Made by a program: the position numbers and the translations under genes. This document shows, piece after piece, positions 24,236 to 34,048 of a DNA stretch of 64,000 nt. The notes beneath the pieces were generated by a model, which was given only the letters and a program-made list of their open reading frames with translations, did no database searches and was not told the DNA's origin. The stretch is from an uncultured Verrucomicrobiae bacterium. GTDB lineage: Bacteria; Verrucomicrobiota; Verrucomicrobiia; Chthoniobacterales; JAFAMB01. The number at the start of each line of letters is the position of its first letter. Positions within the stretch are counted from its first letter, which is position 1. The stretch covers positions 1-64,000 of the forward strand of contig CAVXLD010000009.1 in the NCBI GenBank assembly GCA_963762565.1. Direction: 5' to 3'.

Positions 24236-24569
24236 GGCGGATCATGTGTGCCCTTCTCCCAGCCCGGAAAGGCTTTTCGGGCTGTCCACTCTAATTTCGT
24301 CGCTTCTGGGCTGGCCGGACTTAGCCAAAGCTAAGCCAGCGGTTTCTTTAACTCCGACGCCCATCGACATCGAGGATGCGGCCTGAAAATAGGCTCAGCT
24401 CCGCCGTCGCTGGTGCAGCTTAATAAGGCGCGCGCGCGCCGGTACGTCAGCCCTCGGAGATTCCATCGCTCCTCGTGCCCGGATCGGGGCCATTCAAACG
24501 CAAATTTTGCCGGTTCGCCTACGTTGGGGCATATTTCGTTTCACGATTCTACATTCCCCTCCCAGAGAC

Positions 24570-26360
24570 ATGACTACTTACGAAGCACCGCTCGATGAAA
24601 TGCAGTTCGTAATACGCGAACTTGCTGGCCTTGATACCCTGACCGCCCTGCCGGAGTGGCAAGATATCGACGCTGAAACGGTCAACGCAGTTCTACAGGA
24701 AGCCGGTCGCTTTGCCAGCGAGGTTCTCGCGCCGCTCAACCAGTCGGGTGACCAGAGAGGAGTTATTTGTAAAGATAACCACGTCATCACTGCCCCTGGC
24801 TTTCGCGAAGCTTACCAACAATATATAACCAGTGGATGGAACCGCTTGGGATTCGACGAGACATACGGCGGGCAATCTATGCCGAACCTGGTTGGCGCTG
24901 CGGTGCAAGAGATGTGGAAGTCCGCTAATTTGGCCTTTTCAGCCTGCTTTCAACTGACCCAGGGTGCAGCAGAGGCGATCTTGCAACGCAGCAACGAAGA
25001 GCAAAAAAAGAAATATCTGCCGCGCATGATTGAAGGCCGGTGGACTGGTACGATGAATCTGACTGAGCCACAGGCGGGCTCAGATCTAGCCGCAGTTAGA
25101 ACCCGAGCCGTCCGGCAAGAGGATGGTTCCTATCGGGTTTTTGGTCAGAAGATTTTCATTACTTACGGCGAACACGATCTTTCTGAGAACATCATTCATC
25201 TGGTGTTAGCACGTACACCGGACGCCCCGCCCGGAGTCAAAGGGATCTCGTTATTTGTCGTCCCAAAATTTCTGGTTAACGACGACGGCACTTTAGGGTC
25301 CCGCAATGATGCTTACTGCCTTTCCGTGGAACACAAGTTGGGCATTCACGGCAGTCCCACCTGTGTGTTGTCCTATGGTGACCAAGGAGGCGCTGTCGGT
25401 TATCTGATTGGCGAAGAAAATCGCGGCCTCGAATACATGTTCACCATGATGAACGTAGCCCGGATATCGGTCGGTCTGGAAGGGGTTGGCATTGGTGAAC
25501 GGGCCTATCAACAAGCGCGAGAATACGCCAGAACCCGTGTTCAAGGCCGCGATATTTCCGGCAGCGACGGATCGGTGCCCATCATCCGCCATCCGGATGT
25601 GCGACGGATGCTGCTCCTAATGAAAGCGCAGACGGAAGCGACTCGTGCCCTCGCCTATGTCGTAGTCGCCGCTCGCGATTTAGCGAGCCATCACCCAGAC
25701 GAGCAGACTCGCCAACGCAATCAAGCGTTTCTCGAGCTGATGACTCCGGTGGTAAAAGGTTGGAGCACAGAAACGGGCATCGAAATCGCGTCCCTGGGAA
25801 TTCAGATCCACGGAGGGATGGGTTATGTGGAGGAGACGGGCGCAGCCCAACACTGGCGCGACGCTAGGATCACAACGATCTACGAAGGGACGACCGGTAT
25901 CCAGGCAAATGATCTGATCGGTCGCAAGATTATCCGTGATCAAGGAAGAACGATCCGAATTGTTCTAGAAGAAATGCGGCAGTTTGCGGGCGAGCTAGAA
26001 GGTCCGGACGCTTCATTGCTCGCGATCAAAAATAGCCTAGTGCAAGGGATAGATTCACTTGCAGCCGCCACGGAGTATATCCTTACCAATTACCAAACCG
26101 GCGCGCGAAAGGTGATGTTCGGCGCCGTACCGTTCCTCAAGCTTTTTGGAATCGTAGCCGGTGGATGGCAATTGGCCCGAGGAGCAAAAATATCGGTAGC
26201 TCGCTTAGCCGAGGGGAAAGGTGATCCTGCGTTTTACAAGGCTAAGATTGCCACAGCGCGTTTCTATGCCGACCACCTGCTCGCGGCAGCACCCGGGCTA
26301 GCTTATACGGTGATCCACGGCGGTGAAGTAGACGGGCTGCTTTCGGATGATCAGGTGTGA
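24570..26360 (+). CDS. Acyl-CoA dehydrogenase (long, DmdC/FadE5-like)
   Basis: GTMNLTEPQAGSDL, GQKIFITYGEHD, EHKLGIHGSPT, HGGMG, IYEGTTGIQA. Confidence 0.93.
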   Translation: MTTYEAPLDEMQFVIRELAGLDTLTALPEWQDIDAETVNAVLQEAGRFASEVLAPLNQSGDQRGVICKDNHVITAPGFREAYQQYITSGWNRLGFDETYGGQSMPNLVGAAVQEMWKSANLAFSACFQLTQGAAEAILQRSNEEQKKKYLPRMIEGRWTGTMNLTEPQAGSDLAAVRTRAVRQEDGSYRVFGQKIFITYGEHDLSENIIHLVLARTPDAPPGVKGISLFVVPKFLVNDDGTLGSRNDAYCLSVEHKLGIHGSPTCVLSYGDQGGAVGYLIGEENRGLEYMFTMMNVARISVGLEGVGIGERAYQQAREYARTRVQGRDISGSDGSVPIIRHPDVRRMLLLMKAQTEATRALAYVVVAARDLASHHPDEQTRQRNQAFLELMTPVVKGWSTETGIEIASLGIQIHGGMGYVEETGAAQHWRDARITTIYEGTTGIQANDLIGRKIIRDQGRTIRIVLEEMRQFAGELEGPDASLLAIKNSLVQGIDSLAAATEYILTNYQTGARKVMFGAVPFLKLFGIVAGGWQLARGAKISVARLAEGKGDPAFYKAKIATARFYADHLLAAAPGLAYTVIHGGEVDGLLSDDQV

Positions 26361-26391
26361 TGGGTTGTTGGGCTTTGCGCGCCCCTGTTGT

Positions 26392-26551
26392 GGGAGGGCG
26401 CGCGTCCCCGCGCGCCTAAGACGTTGCGCGAGACTCATCCCAGCGCGAATGCGAACGGCAATTGTCTAATAGAGGCGGCTCCCGGGAATCGCCCAGCGGG
26501 TCGCACCGCTGGTAAGAACGTGAGACGGATCGCGAGGACCCGATCCCTCCC
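26392..26551. repeat. REP-like family B copy
   Basis: gggagggcgcgcgtccccgcgcgcc / ggatcgcgaggacccgatccctccc. Confidence 0.8.
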
Positions 26552-26553
26552 GC

Positions 26554-26784
26554 CTACTCCACGATCTGCAAAATAGCCTGGTGATCGGTTCGAGCGGCGG
26601 CTGCGGTTAAGAGATTCCGCATCGCCGTAATGGTATGACCGTTCCGCCCGATCACTTTGCCGACGTCGGAACGGCGCATCTCTACCTTAAAGATGAGCTT
26701 TTTCCCCTGTTCCTGCTTAGTCACCAGCACCTCATCGGGTGCATCCACCAAGTGCTGGATCACGTACTCGAGGAAATTTTCCAC
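26554..26784 (-). CDS. khpA: KH-domain RNA-binding protein KhpA
   Basis: DVGKVIGRNGHTI; follows rpsP. Confidence 0.9.
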   Translation of the reverse strand: MENFLEYVIQHLVDAPDEVLVTKQEQGKKLIFKVEMRRSDVGKVIGRNGHTITAMRNLLTAAAARTDHQAILQIVE

Positions 26785-26793
26785 AGTTGTTTT

Positions 26794-26870
26794 CGGCCTC
26801 GTCCCGCGGACGCGGGATCCGCACTAGTCCCGCACCTGCGGGACAAAGGCGGAAGCGAGGCCGCTCCACG
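26794..26870. repeat. REP family C copy with nested hairpin insertions
   Basis: cggcctcg[...gtcccgcacctgcgggacaaaggcgga]agcgaggccgctccacg. Confidence 0.7.
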
Positions 26871-27149
26871 CTAAGCTGCTGGCACTGCTGGGACTACTGG
26901 AACCGCGCTCTTCTTGCGAGCCTTCTTGATCATGCTTGCCACCGTCTCGCTGGGTTGAGCACCGTTCTTTACCCAATACTCCGCGCGATCAAGGTTGAGC
27001 TGAAAATTCTCACCCGTTTTCCGCGGATCGTAGTTGCCAATCACTTCAATGAATTTACCATCGCGCGGACTTCTTTTGTCCGCTACCACCACACGATAAA
27101 AGGGGCGATTCTTCGCACCTTCTCGCCTTAATCTGATCGAAACTGCCAT
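26871..27149 (-). CDS. rpsP: 30S ribosomal protein S16
   Basis: [11 protein letters not shown]...[29 protein letters not shown]. Confidence 0.97.
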   Translation of the reverse strand: MAVSIRLRREGAKNRPFYRVVVADKRSPRDGKFIEVIGNYDPRKTGENFQLNLDRAEYWVKNGAQPSETVASMIKKARKKSAVPVVPAVPAA

Positions 27150-27184
27150 ATTATCTTCCGCAGAAAAGCGTCCCAAGTTTCTGC

Positions 27185-28513
27185 TTATCTTCCAAACGTT
27201 CCGGCGCCGGGGACACGGGCCAACATCTTCTTCATCTTTCCGGCGTTTTTCATCAGTTTCCTCATCTGATCAAACTGCCGAAGAAGGGTATTTATTTCGG
27301 TGACTGTAGTGCCGCTGCCCCGCGCAATCCTTTGCCGCCGGCGTGCGTTCAGAATTTCCGGACGCTTCCTTTCGTCCTTTGTCATCGATAAAACGATGGC
27401 CTCTGTTCGCTTCAGCCGCTTACCGTCAACCGAAAAGCCTTTCAAGTTACTCATACCCGGCAGCATGCCAAGGATATTTTCCAGGGGCCCCATCTTGTTC
27501 AATAGCTGGAGCTGAGACAGGAAATCATTGAAATCAAAGGTCGCCGTCCGCAGTTTTTTCTCCAAGCGGGCGGCCTCTTCCTCGTCGATCGCCGCGGCCG
27601 CCTTTTCCACCAGGCTGACCACATCACCCATACCAAGGATACGCCCGGCCAGACGATCCGGATAAAATGGTTCAAACTGCTCAATTTTCTCGCCGAGACC
27701 GGCAAACTTGATCGGACGATGCGTCACCTCGCGCATGGAGAGCGCGGCGCCACCACGGGCGTCACCATCCAACTTGGTCAGAATCAACCCGGTTAGCCCA
27801 AGCGCCTCATGAAAATGAGTCGCCACATTTACCGCCTGTTGCCCCGTGGCCGCGTCACAGACCAAGAGGACCTCTTGTGGCTGCAGCAGATCCCGAAGTC
27901 TTTTTAGCTCCCCTACCAGCACCTCATCAATCTCCAGGCGTCCGGCGGTATCGTAAATCTGGACATTGCCGGATTGAGTTTCCGCCCACTTAACGGCTTG
28001 TCGGCCGGTTTGCAGGAGATCGGTCTGGCCGGGCTCAGGCCTAAAGAACGGGACACCGACTTGCTTCGCTAAAGTTGCCAACTGTTCAATAGCGGCCGGC
28101 CTTTGCAGGTCGCAGGCAAATAGCAGCGGCGCTTTTCCTTGTTTCTTGAGGAAATAGGCCAGTTTCGCTGCCGATGTCGTTTTACCGGCGCCATGTAACC
28201 CCACCATCATGATCCTAGCCGGCGGTTGCAGATCTAGAGGCGCATTGTCAGCCCCTAAGAGCTGGGTGAGCTCGTCATGGAATATCTTTACGATCTGCTG
28301 TCCCGGAGAGATGCTGCGCATCACTTCTTGCCCGAGCGACTTCTCCTTTACTCGAGCAATAAAATCCTTGGCGACCTGGAAATGAACATCCGCTTCTAAC
28401 AGGGCCAATCGCACCTGGCGCAACGCGTCGGTGATATTGGCCTCTGAAATCGACCCGTGACCGCGTAGGTCTTTAAAGACTTCCTGAAGACGATCGGAGA
28501 GTTGTGAAAACAC
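27185..28513 (-). CDS. ffh: Signal recognition particle protein Ffh
   Basis: [42 protein letters not shown]. Confidence 0.97.
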   Translation of the reverse strand: MFSQLSDRLQEVFKDLRGHGSISEANITDALRQVRLALLEADVHFQVAKDFIARVKEKSLGQEVMRSISPGQQIVKIFHDELTQLLGADNAPLDLQPPARIMMVGLHGAGKTTSAAKLAYFLKKQGKAPLLFACDLQRPAAIEQLATLAKQVGVPFFRPEPGQTDLLQTGRQAVKWAETQSGNVQIYDTAGRLEIDEVLVGELKRLRDLLQPQEVLLVCDAATGQQAVNVATHFHEALGLTGLILTKLDGDARGGAALSMREVTHRPIKFAGLGEKIEQFEPFYPDRLAGRILGMGDVVSLVEKAAAAIDEEEAARLEKKLRTATFDFNDFLSQLQLLNKMGPLENILGMLPGMSNLKGFSVDGKRLKRTEAIVLSMTKDERKRPEILNARRRQRIARGSGTTVTEINTLLRQFDQMRKLMKNAGKMKKMLARVPGAGTFGR

Positions 28514-28571
28514 AGTCTTGGTTCAGTAAGGTTCTGCAGGGTAACAAAGGGAGTCCACCCTGCCTTTAATT

Positions 28572-28675
28572 ACACAATAAGAACACAAAGGCCACGAAGA
28601 CAGAATTTGGTGAGTCTAGCCCTCATTGCATTTCCCCGACAATAAAACCTTCGCGGCCTTTGTGATCTTGCTGTG
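28572..28675. repeat. Intergenic imperfect palindrome with 9-bp periodic arms
   Basis: cacaaaggccacgaag / cttcgcggcctttgtg. Confidence 0.65.
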
Positions 28676-28714
28676 GATAAAATCCGTGGAGGAGCGGACG
28701 GGACCGGGGATCCG

Positions 28715-29917
28715 TCAATTTGTCGCTACCGGGCCAGCTGCATCCAAGGTAAACATCCATTTAGTTTCTACCCTTTTTCCCTTTACCTTGGCGGATAGAA
28801 CCACGGTATAAGATTTTGGCTCCAATTTTTGGGTGAATACGTATGAAACGAGCTTGGTTTTCGGATCGTAGTTAGCGGGCACCAACCCAAAGCCGCTGAC
28901 TCGCATTTCAACGGAGCCGGCATCGACCTCACCCATGGTAGCGATATTCGCTTTTATCGTCGGCTTCGGATTGCTGATATGCGAATTGTCCATGGGCTCC
29001 GTCAGCATCGAAGCAGCCGCCAGTTGAGTCTCTTCAGCTCCTGGGGCTCCAATCTCGCCCCCGAAATCCAGAGCGGCCTTGAACACGGCAGGTTTAATTG
29101 AATCGACGGCGTACCGGCCAACTTGATCGCGCAATACGTTCTGTCCCATGTGCTGGCCATAGACTGTAAACTGGAGTTGGTACCCGGCGTCCATCGCGGT
29201 TTTCCGGACGACTTCGTTGTGAAATCCGTAAGGGAATGCAAAAGCAACGATCTTAATGGCAAGCTTATCTTCCAAGATCTGCTTGCAATCATAAACCTCA
29301 TGATGAAGCCACGTCGGATAATCCTGTCCTCGAGGAGCGTGCCGTAGATCTTTATGTGAAACCGTGTGAGCTTCGATATCAACACCGGCGTCCCGCAGTT
29401 CCTCAAGTTGGCCCCAGGACATCGATTTGCCCCCTCTATCGACGTAATCGGTGTAGATGAAAAGAGTGAACGGGTACCCGTATTCTTTTAAGATAGGCCA
29501 AGCCACGTAGTATTGAGAATTCCAGCCATCATCCAGGGTGATGACCGCGCTTTTCATCGGGATCGACTTCTCGTTGTTGAGCCAGGCAAGCACATCCTTC
29601 ATCGAGATCACCGAGATTCCGTTGTCCTTCAAGGCTTGCATTTGCGCTTTGAAATCAGTCGGCGTGGTAACCAGGTCTCTCGGTTTGTCCTCAAACCGGT
29701 GGTAGCAGAGCACGATAAACCGCGCGTTCTTATTTACCGCCGGCCTAGGAGTTGGCGTCGCACTGGCGACAGCAACCGAGGCGGTCGCGGATGGGCTAGC
29801 ACTGGGTTTAGGCGAACCCGTAACTAGCGCAGTGAGCTCCTGTGCTTTTTTGCACCCGCCCAAAAAAGCGGGAAGCAACGCTAACAACAAAAAGAAACGA
29901 CGTGGCATACAAATCAA
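28715..29917 (-). CDS. Lipoprotein polysaccharide deacetylase (NodB/CE4)
   Basis: Lipobox LGGC, VLCYH, ITLDDG, HTVSH, AFPYG. Confidence 0.9.
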   Translation of the reverse strand: MICMPRRFFLLLALLPAFLGGCKKAQELTALVTGSPKPSASPSATASVAVASATPTPRPAVNKNARFIVLCYHRFEDKPRDLVTTPTDFKAQMQALKDNGISVISMKDVLAWLNNEKSIPMKSAVITLDDGWNSQYYVAWPILKEYGYPFTLFIYTDYVDRGGKSMSWGQLEELRDAGVDIEAHTVSHKDLRHAPRGQDYPTWLHHEVYDCKQILEDKLAIKIVAFAFPYGFHNEVVRKTAMDAGYQLQFTVYGQHMGQNVLRDQVGRYAVDSIKPAVFKAALDFGGEIGAPGAEETQLAAASMLTEPMDNSHISNPKPTIKANIATMGEVDAGSVEMRVSGFGLVPANYDPKTKLVSYVFTQKLEPKSYTVVLSAKVKGKRVETKWMFTLDAAGPVATN

Positions 29918-30001
29918 GCTTTAGACTACCACGCGATTCCAGGTTGTGAAAACCAGATTCGCCGGACAATTTTGGGAGACGAGCGACTTATAGGCATGTC
30001 A

Positions 30002-30250
30002 GTGGGGCGATGCTCCCGAATGTCCGAAATGGGTTCGCGAGGCGTAGCGGCTTTATCTCTAGATATGATGCAACTGTACCGATGCGCTCGCCGAGCCGCG
30101 GCCCAGCGTGCGAATCTGTCGGCAGTCGACCCTCGCCATTATGGCACACGCTGGGTAACGGCTCGGCAAGCGCAACAGCGCAACACATCAGGTCTTTCAG
30201 GAAGTCGGCTACTCTGCGAGCCCTCTATGGACGATCGGGAGCCTCGCCCC
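30002..30250. repeat. Family A element whose right arm is interrupted by the IS110 element
   Basis: gtggggcgatgctcccga ... gccgagccg / acggctcggc ... cgggagcctcgcccc; the missing terminal (ct)accaa reappears at 31855-31861. Confidence 0.85.
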
Positions 30251-30359
30251 CCTATGGTGTTGTCAAGCTACCCAGCGTGTTTTTAGCGGTTTGTCATCTT
30301 TTGTAGAGCAACGTAGTTGCCAAAATTTTTAGTTCAGAGATCGAGCCGGTTTGCGACGG

Positions 30360-30545
30360 TTGGTACGTTTCCTCTTGTGGCTCATGTCTCCGAGCTCGAT
30401 TGGGACAAGGCAGCCTCCTATCCGGCCTGTCAGGGTTTGACAGCGCAAGATGCTCTATACGCATCGCTCAAGAGGAACGAGCGCGCCCAATCTACCAACG
30501 GGCTTTTAAAGCCCAGGGGCGAGCACGAGCGCGCGCCGTTCCAAA
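30360..30545 (-). ncRNA. Putative bridge RNA/seekRNA (boundaries approximate)
   Basis: Internal loop 30474-30542 with target-matching strands (30516-30523, 30492-30498); multibranched domain with junction match at 30415-30421. Confidence 0.75.
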
Positions 30546-30703
30546 GTCCAGAGTTAAAATGTTTAGTCTAGTGCTGTGTCAGCTTCTCCCTTAACCATGG
30601 GGCCTCTTTAGAGGCGCCAGCTTGCTCCTGTTTCCCCCGAACCGGGGTTTGGGGCAGAGCCCCAAGTTAAAACCCGAGTCTTCGGGTCACTTCTAAAATG
30701 GTT

Positions 30704-31810
30704 TTAGCCCTCGATCATGATGAGACCCAATTGCTGGGCAGTAATACGACCGGTTTGTAGCCGCCAGATATCGACGATCAGTTGCCGGCCGATGGCCACC
30801 ACGGCTTTTTTCTTCAGTCCTCGGTTAGAGCCCTCCAGTAGCTCACGCCATTTTTGCACCGCTTTATACTCGGGCTGGAAGAGGATCATCCGCCAGACCA
30901 TCTCGGTGATGATGCGCCGCAGAGCCGGTAGTCCCACTTTGGTGATTGCACCCAAGCGTTGGCTCTCTCCGCTGCTCCATTCACTGGGCACCATCCCGGC
31001 TAAGCAGCCGATCTTGCGTTCAGTTGAGTAAAGATTCCAATCCAGTACTTCAGCATTCAATTGCGCCAAGCTGGGAGCTCCCATCCCCTTTGGCCGTGGG
31101 CCTTGGTACTGCTTGGTTAGCTCTGCCTTGGCTTGCTCAATTTGCTGGTCTAGCTCGCGTAATATCCCAACCCAGCGACCAAGATGTTTTACAATCCAAG
31201 GAGCCACCCCCTTGCTTAAGTGCTCAAAAGCTTTGGGCCGCCACCAATTGCTCCAGCTCTGGTAGCCCTGGCTCAGCAAAAGGGAGTTGCCCATGACGCC
31301 GATGCGCTGGCGTTCTTGCACCAGCGCATCGTGCTGGCGACTTTCCACTCGAGCCTGCTCTTGAGCCTCCCTCGGTATTCTGACCAGTTGCAGCGCTTGC
31401 TCATTGCCATTGAGATAATTGCTCAGATCACTGGTTAAGGTTCGCGCATCAATTGAGTTGTTCTTGCCCCGCTTCCTCTTCTGCTCTCCGCTGCGGGGTG
31501 CACAGACCAGGCACTCAATCCCGCTTGCCTTTAACTGCCGATACAGCGAGTACCCCAGCGGCCCGGCTTCGTAGACCACCACCACTTCCTTGGCTTGCTC
31601 TCGCTGCTTCTCAACGTAAAGCAACAACGCTTCCTTGCTCCCGAATGTCTGGGCTACTCCCACAGCCCCGTTATCGATCTTGCGGGCCGCCTGATAGCTC
31701 TTTAGGTGCGCATCGACTCCCAGCACGATCCGGTTTGCCTTCGCTTCCTTTTGGCTGTTCTTTTCCTGGCTTACGGCGGTTGGTGCCGCCTTGAGTTTGT
31801 ATTCAATCAT
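30704..31810 (-). CDS. IS110-family transposase/bridge recombinase
   Basis: LGVDAH, VYEAGPLGYSLYR, KNNSIDA, AGMVPSEWSSG...GAITKVG, KKAVVAIGRQL. Confidence 0.93.
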   Translation of the reverse strand: MIEYKLKAAPTAVSQEKNSQKEAKANRIVLGVDAHLKSYQAARKIDNGAVGVAQTFGSKEALLLYVEKQREQAKEVVVVYEAGPLGYSLYRQLKASGIECLVCAPRSGEQKRKRGKNNSIDARTLTSDLSNYLNGNEQALQLVRIPREAQEQARVESRQHDALVQERQRIGVMGNSLLLSQGYQSWSNWWRPKAFEHLSKGVAPWIVKHLGRWVGILRELDQQIEQAKAELTKQYQGPRPKGMGAPSLAQLNAEVLDWNLYSTERKIGCLAGMVPSEWSSGESQRLGAITKVGLPALRRIITEMVWRMILFQPEYKAVQKWRELLEGSNRGLKKKAVVAIGRQLIVDIWRLQTGRITAQQLGLIMIEG

Positions 31811-31873
31811 TGTTTGTCAGGCTGCTGTTGATCCGGCAGCCTGACAACACAGCTCTACCAAGTGACAGCGCCG

Positions 31874-33184
31874 TCACGCCTTCCCCTCTTCTCCCAACCT
31901 GAGCTGCTGAAACGTTCGGTTGATATACCGGAAATGTTGTCCCAGAGAACAGAACCCGGCTAATTCTGCCTTTGGGATGACCGCCACGATTTCTGGAATT
32001 TTCTCCAGTTCGGTCAAGAAATCGTCGCTGCCCTGCCAGGTAGCCATCGAAGCTTTCTGCACGGCTTCGTAGGCGGCTTTCCGGTCCATCCCGCGCCGCG
32101 TAAGCTCAAGCAGAATTGCTTGACTGAAATAGAGCCCCTTCGTGATGGCCAAGTTCTGCTGCATGTGCTCGGGATAGACCACCAACCCGTCCACGATATC
32201 GGCCAACGTCAGCAACATGTAATCAAGCAAAATGCAGGAATCCGGTAGGATAATACGCTCGACACTACTGTGACTGATGTCTCGCTCGTGCCACAGAGCG
32301 ACATTCTCGAGTGCGGCTACGGTATTCCCTCGCAAAACACGCGCCAAACCACTAAGCCGTTCACTCGTAATCGGGTTCCGCTTATGCGGCATCGACGAGC
32401 TCCCTTTTTGCCCGGGTTTGAAAAACTCTTCTACCTCTAGAACCTCGGTCCGTTGCAGATGCCGGAATTCGGTTGCCCAACGATCAATGCTGGAAGCCAC
32501 TAGGCCGAGAGTGGTGGAAAATTCTGCATGCCGGTCTCTCTGAATCACCTGCGTCGACAGCAGATCCGGTTTCAGCCCCAATCGCCGGCAAACTTGCTCT
32601 TCGACTCGCGGGTCCAGATGGGCGTGCGTTCCAACCGCTCCACTTAGTTTTCCCACTGCAATCGTCTCTCGAGTCTGGCGCAATCGCTTCTGGGCCCGGT
32701 CGAATTCGTCGTACATCAGAGCCATTTTTAACCCGAACGTGATCGGCTCGGCGTGAATCCCGTGGCTCCGCCCGATCATGGGTGTGTATTTGTATTCCAG
32801 TGCCTTACGCGCGGCGGCTTGCCGGACCAACTCGACATCGGCGAGCAAGATATCGCACGATTTCACCAGCTGAATCGCCAGCGTGGTATCCAGAATGTCC
32901 GACGAGGTCAGACCCTGATGAATCCAACGCGCTGCCGGCCCGACATTGGAGGCAACATTTTCGAGGAACGCGATGACGTCATGTTGGGTGCGCTTTTCGA
33001 TCTCTTGGATCTCAGGCACCGAAAAACGGGCCTTGGCTCGGATTTCCTCGGCATCCGCTGAGGGAATGAGCCCTAGAGAAGCCATCTCTTCACAAGCGAG
33101 CACTTCGATCTCCAGCCAAATGGAAAACTTCCTCTCATCAGCCCATATTTCCCTCATCTCTTGACGGGAGTATCTCTCGATCAC
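31874..33184 (-). CDS. purB: Adenylosuccinate lyase
   Basis: MIERYSR, GRSHGIHAEP, GSSSMPHKRNP, WHERDISHSS. Confidence 0.97.
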   Translation of the reverse strand: MIERYSRQEMREIWADERKFSIWLEIEVLACEEMASLGLIPSADAEEIRAKARFSVPEIQEIEKRTQHDVIAFLENVASNVGPAARWIHQGLTSSDILDTTLAIQLVKSCDILLADVELVRQAAARKALEYKYTPMIGRSHGIHAEPITFGLKMALMYDEFDRAQKRLRQTRETIAVGKLSGAVGTHAHLDPRVEEQVCRRLGLKPDLLSTQVIQRDRHAEFSTTLGLVASSIDRWATEFRHLQRTEVLEVEEFFKPGQKGSSSMPHKRNPITSERLSGLARVLRGNTVAALENVALWHERDISHSSVERIILPDSCILLDYMLLTLADIVDGLVVYPEHMQQNLAITKGLYFSQAILLELTRRGMDRKAAYEAVQKASMATWQGSDDFLTELEKIPEIVAVIPKAELAGFCSLGQHFRYINRTFQQLRLGEEGKA

Positions 33185-33261
33185 GCCCAGAGATTACGGG
33201 AGGCACGCCGGAAGCAAAGCGATATTTTATTCGAGGAGATCAGGGAACGTGATCTTACAAA

Positions 33262-33400
33262 GGGAGGGCGCACTGCCTGTCCGACATAGCCTTATGCTTC
33301 CGATCGGTTTTTCTTCGAGCGGGGCGACGTCGGATCCCCGCGCGCCGCGAGGATGTGCCACGACCCCAAGGCGTATTTTCGTCCGCGATTAGAACACGCG
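33262..33400. repeat. Family B copy carrying a ~60-bp internal insertion; close inverted copy at 45394-45533
   Basis: gggagggcgcac[tgcctgtccgacatagcc...ggcgacgtcgga]tccccgcgcgccgcgagga. Confidence 0.85.
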
Positions 33401-34048
33401 CCCGGCTTTGGTAACGATCCCGCCGCCGCGACCCCTACCGGCCCACGCGACGAGGTTCTTGGACCGTGCGATCACCCCTTCTCCAGGGCAGGTCCGTGAT
33501 GCGGACAGAGCGAAGCGGTTCAGGCCACGGACTAAGTCATGTCATCCCTTTGGGAGAGGTCCGACACTTTCCTCCTCGAGAAAGTCCGTGACAGACACCT
33601 GCAAAGACAGCGGCCTCACGAGAGAAGCCGCCACAAAAGATTTTTGGTTTTTTTAATGCTTAGCGAACGCGGGCTCGAACTTTCCGGCCGTTGTTCATTA
33701 GCCGGACCTGGCCCGAAGCGAATAAATCAGCAACCGTTGCTACCGTCTCTTCGTTGGTTTTCGCGTATGCACTCACTACAGCAATCAAATCTCCCAGGCT
33801 AAGCGGCCGGGTCGTCACTTTGCGTCTCTTCATTTTTCTCCTTATCCTCTCACTTTCTCCGTTTTCACTGTGAGCCGGCCTGGTGAAGATTACCCCAAAA
33901 GGCCGGACCCCAAAACTACGTCCATCAAATTAGACGGGGCTGTGCCGCTTTTGTTTAAAATTTGTGAGTTATTTCGTCCTTTGGACGCAGGGGCGGGATT
34001 TCGGTTGCATTTATTCTCGGATTCGTCGAGACATCGGCCAATAAATCT

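Larger units (their letters stand above)
30251..31854 (-). mobile_element. IS110-family (IS1111-type) insertion sequence
   Basis: DEDD/Ser recombinase; subterminal IRs gtgttgtcaagctacc (30257-30272) and ggcagcctgacaacac (31835-31850), 14/16 match; short 5' and long 3' non-coding ends; removing it restores the repeat consensus. Confidence 0.88.

Noticed and set aside
30251..30266. Circle-junction promoter (TTGACA near the element end)
   Set aside because: The -35 is perfect but the hexamer 17 bp on across the junction is TGTTGT, too weak to call
30438..30446. TGACAGCGC in the NCR identical to flank 31863-31871
   Set aside because: Mostly within a hairpin stem and outside the conserved target; a 9-mer match is plausibly chance
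30292..31867. Alternative IR pair tgtcatcttttgtagagc / gctctaccaagtgaca as IS ends
   Set aside because: Needs gaps, and the right copy extends into flank that restores the REP consensus; the 30257/31850 pair fits better
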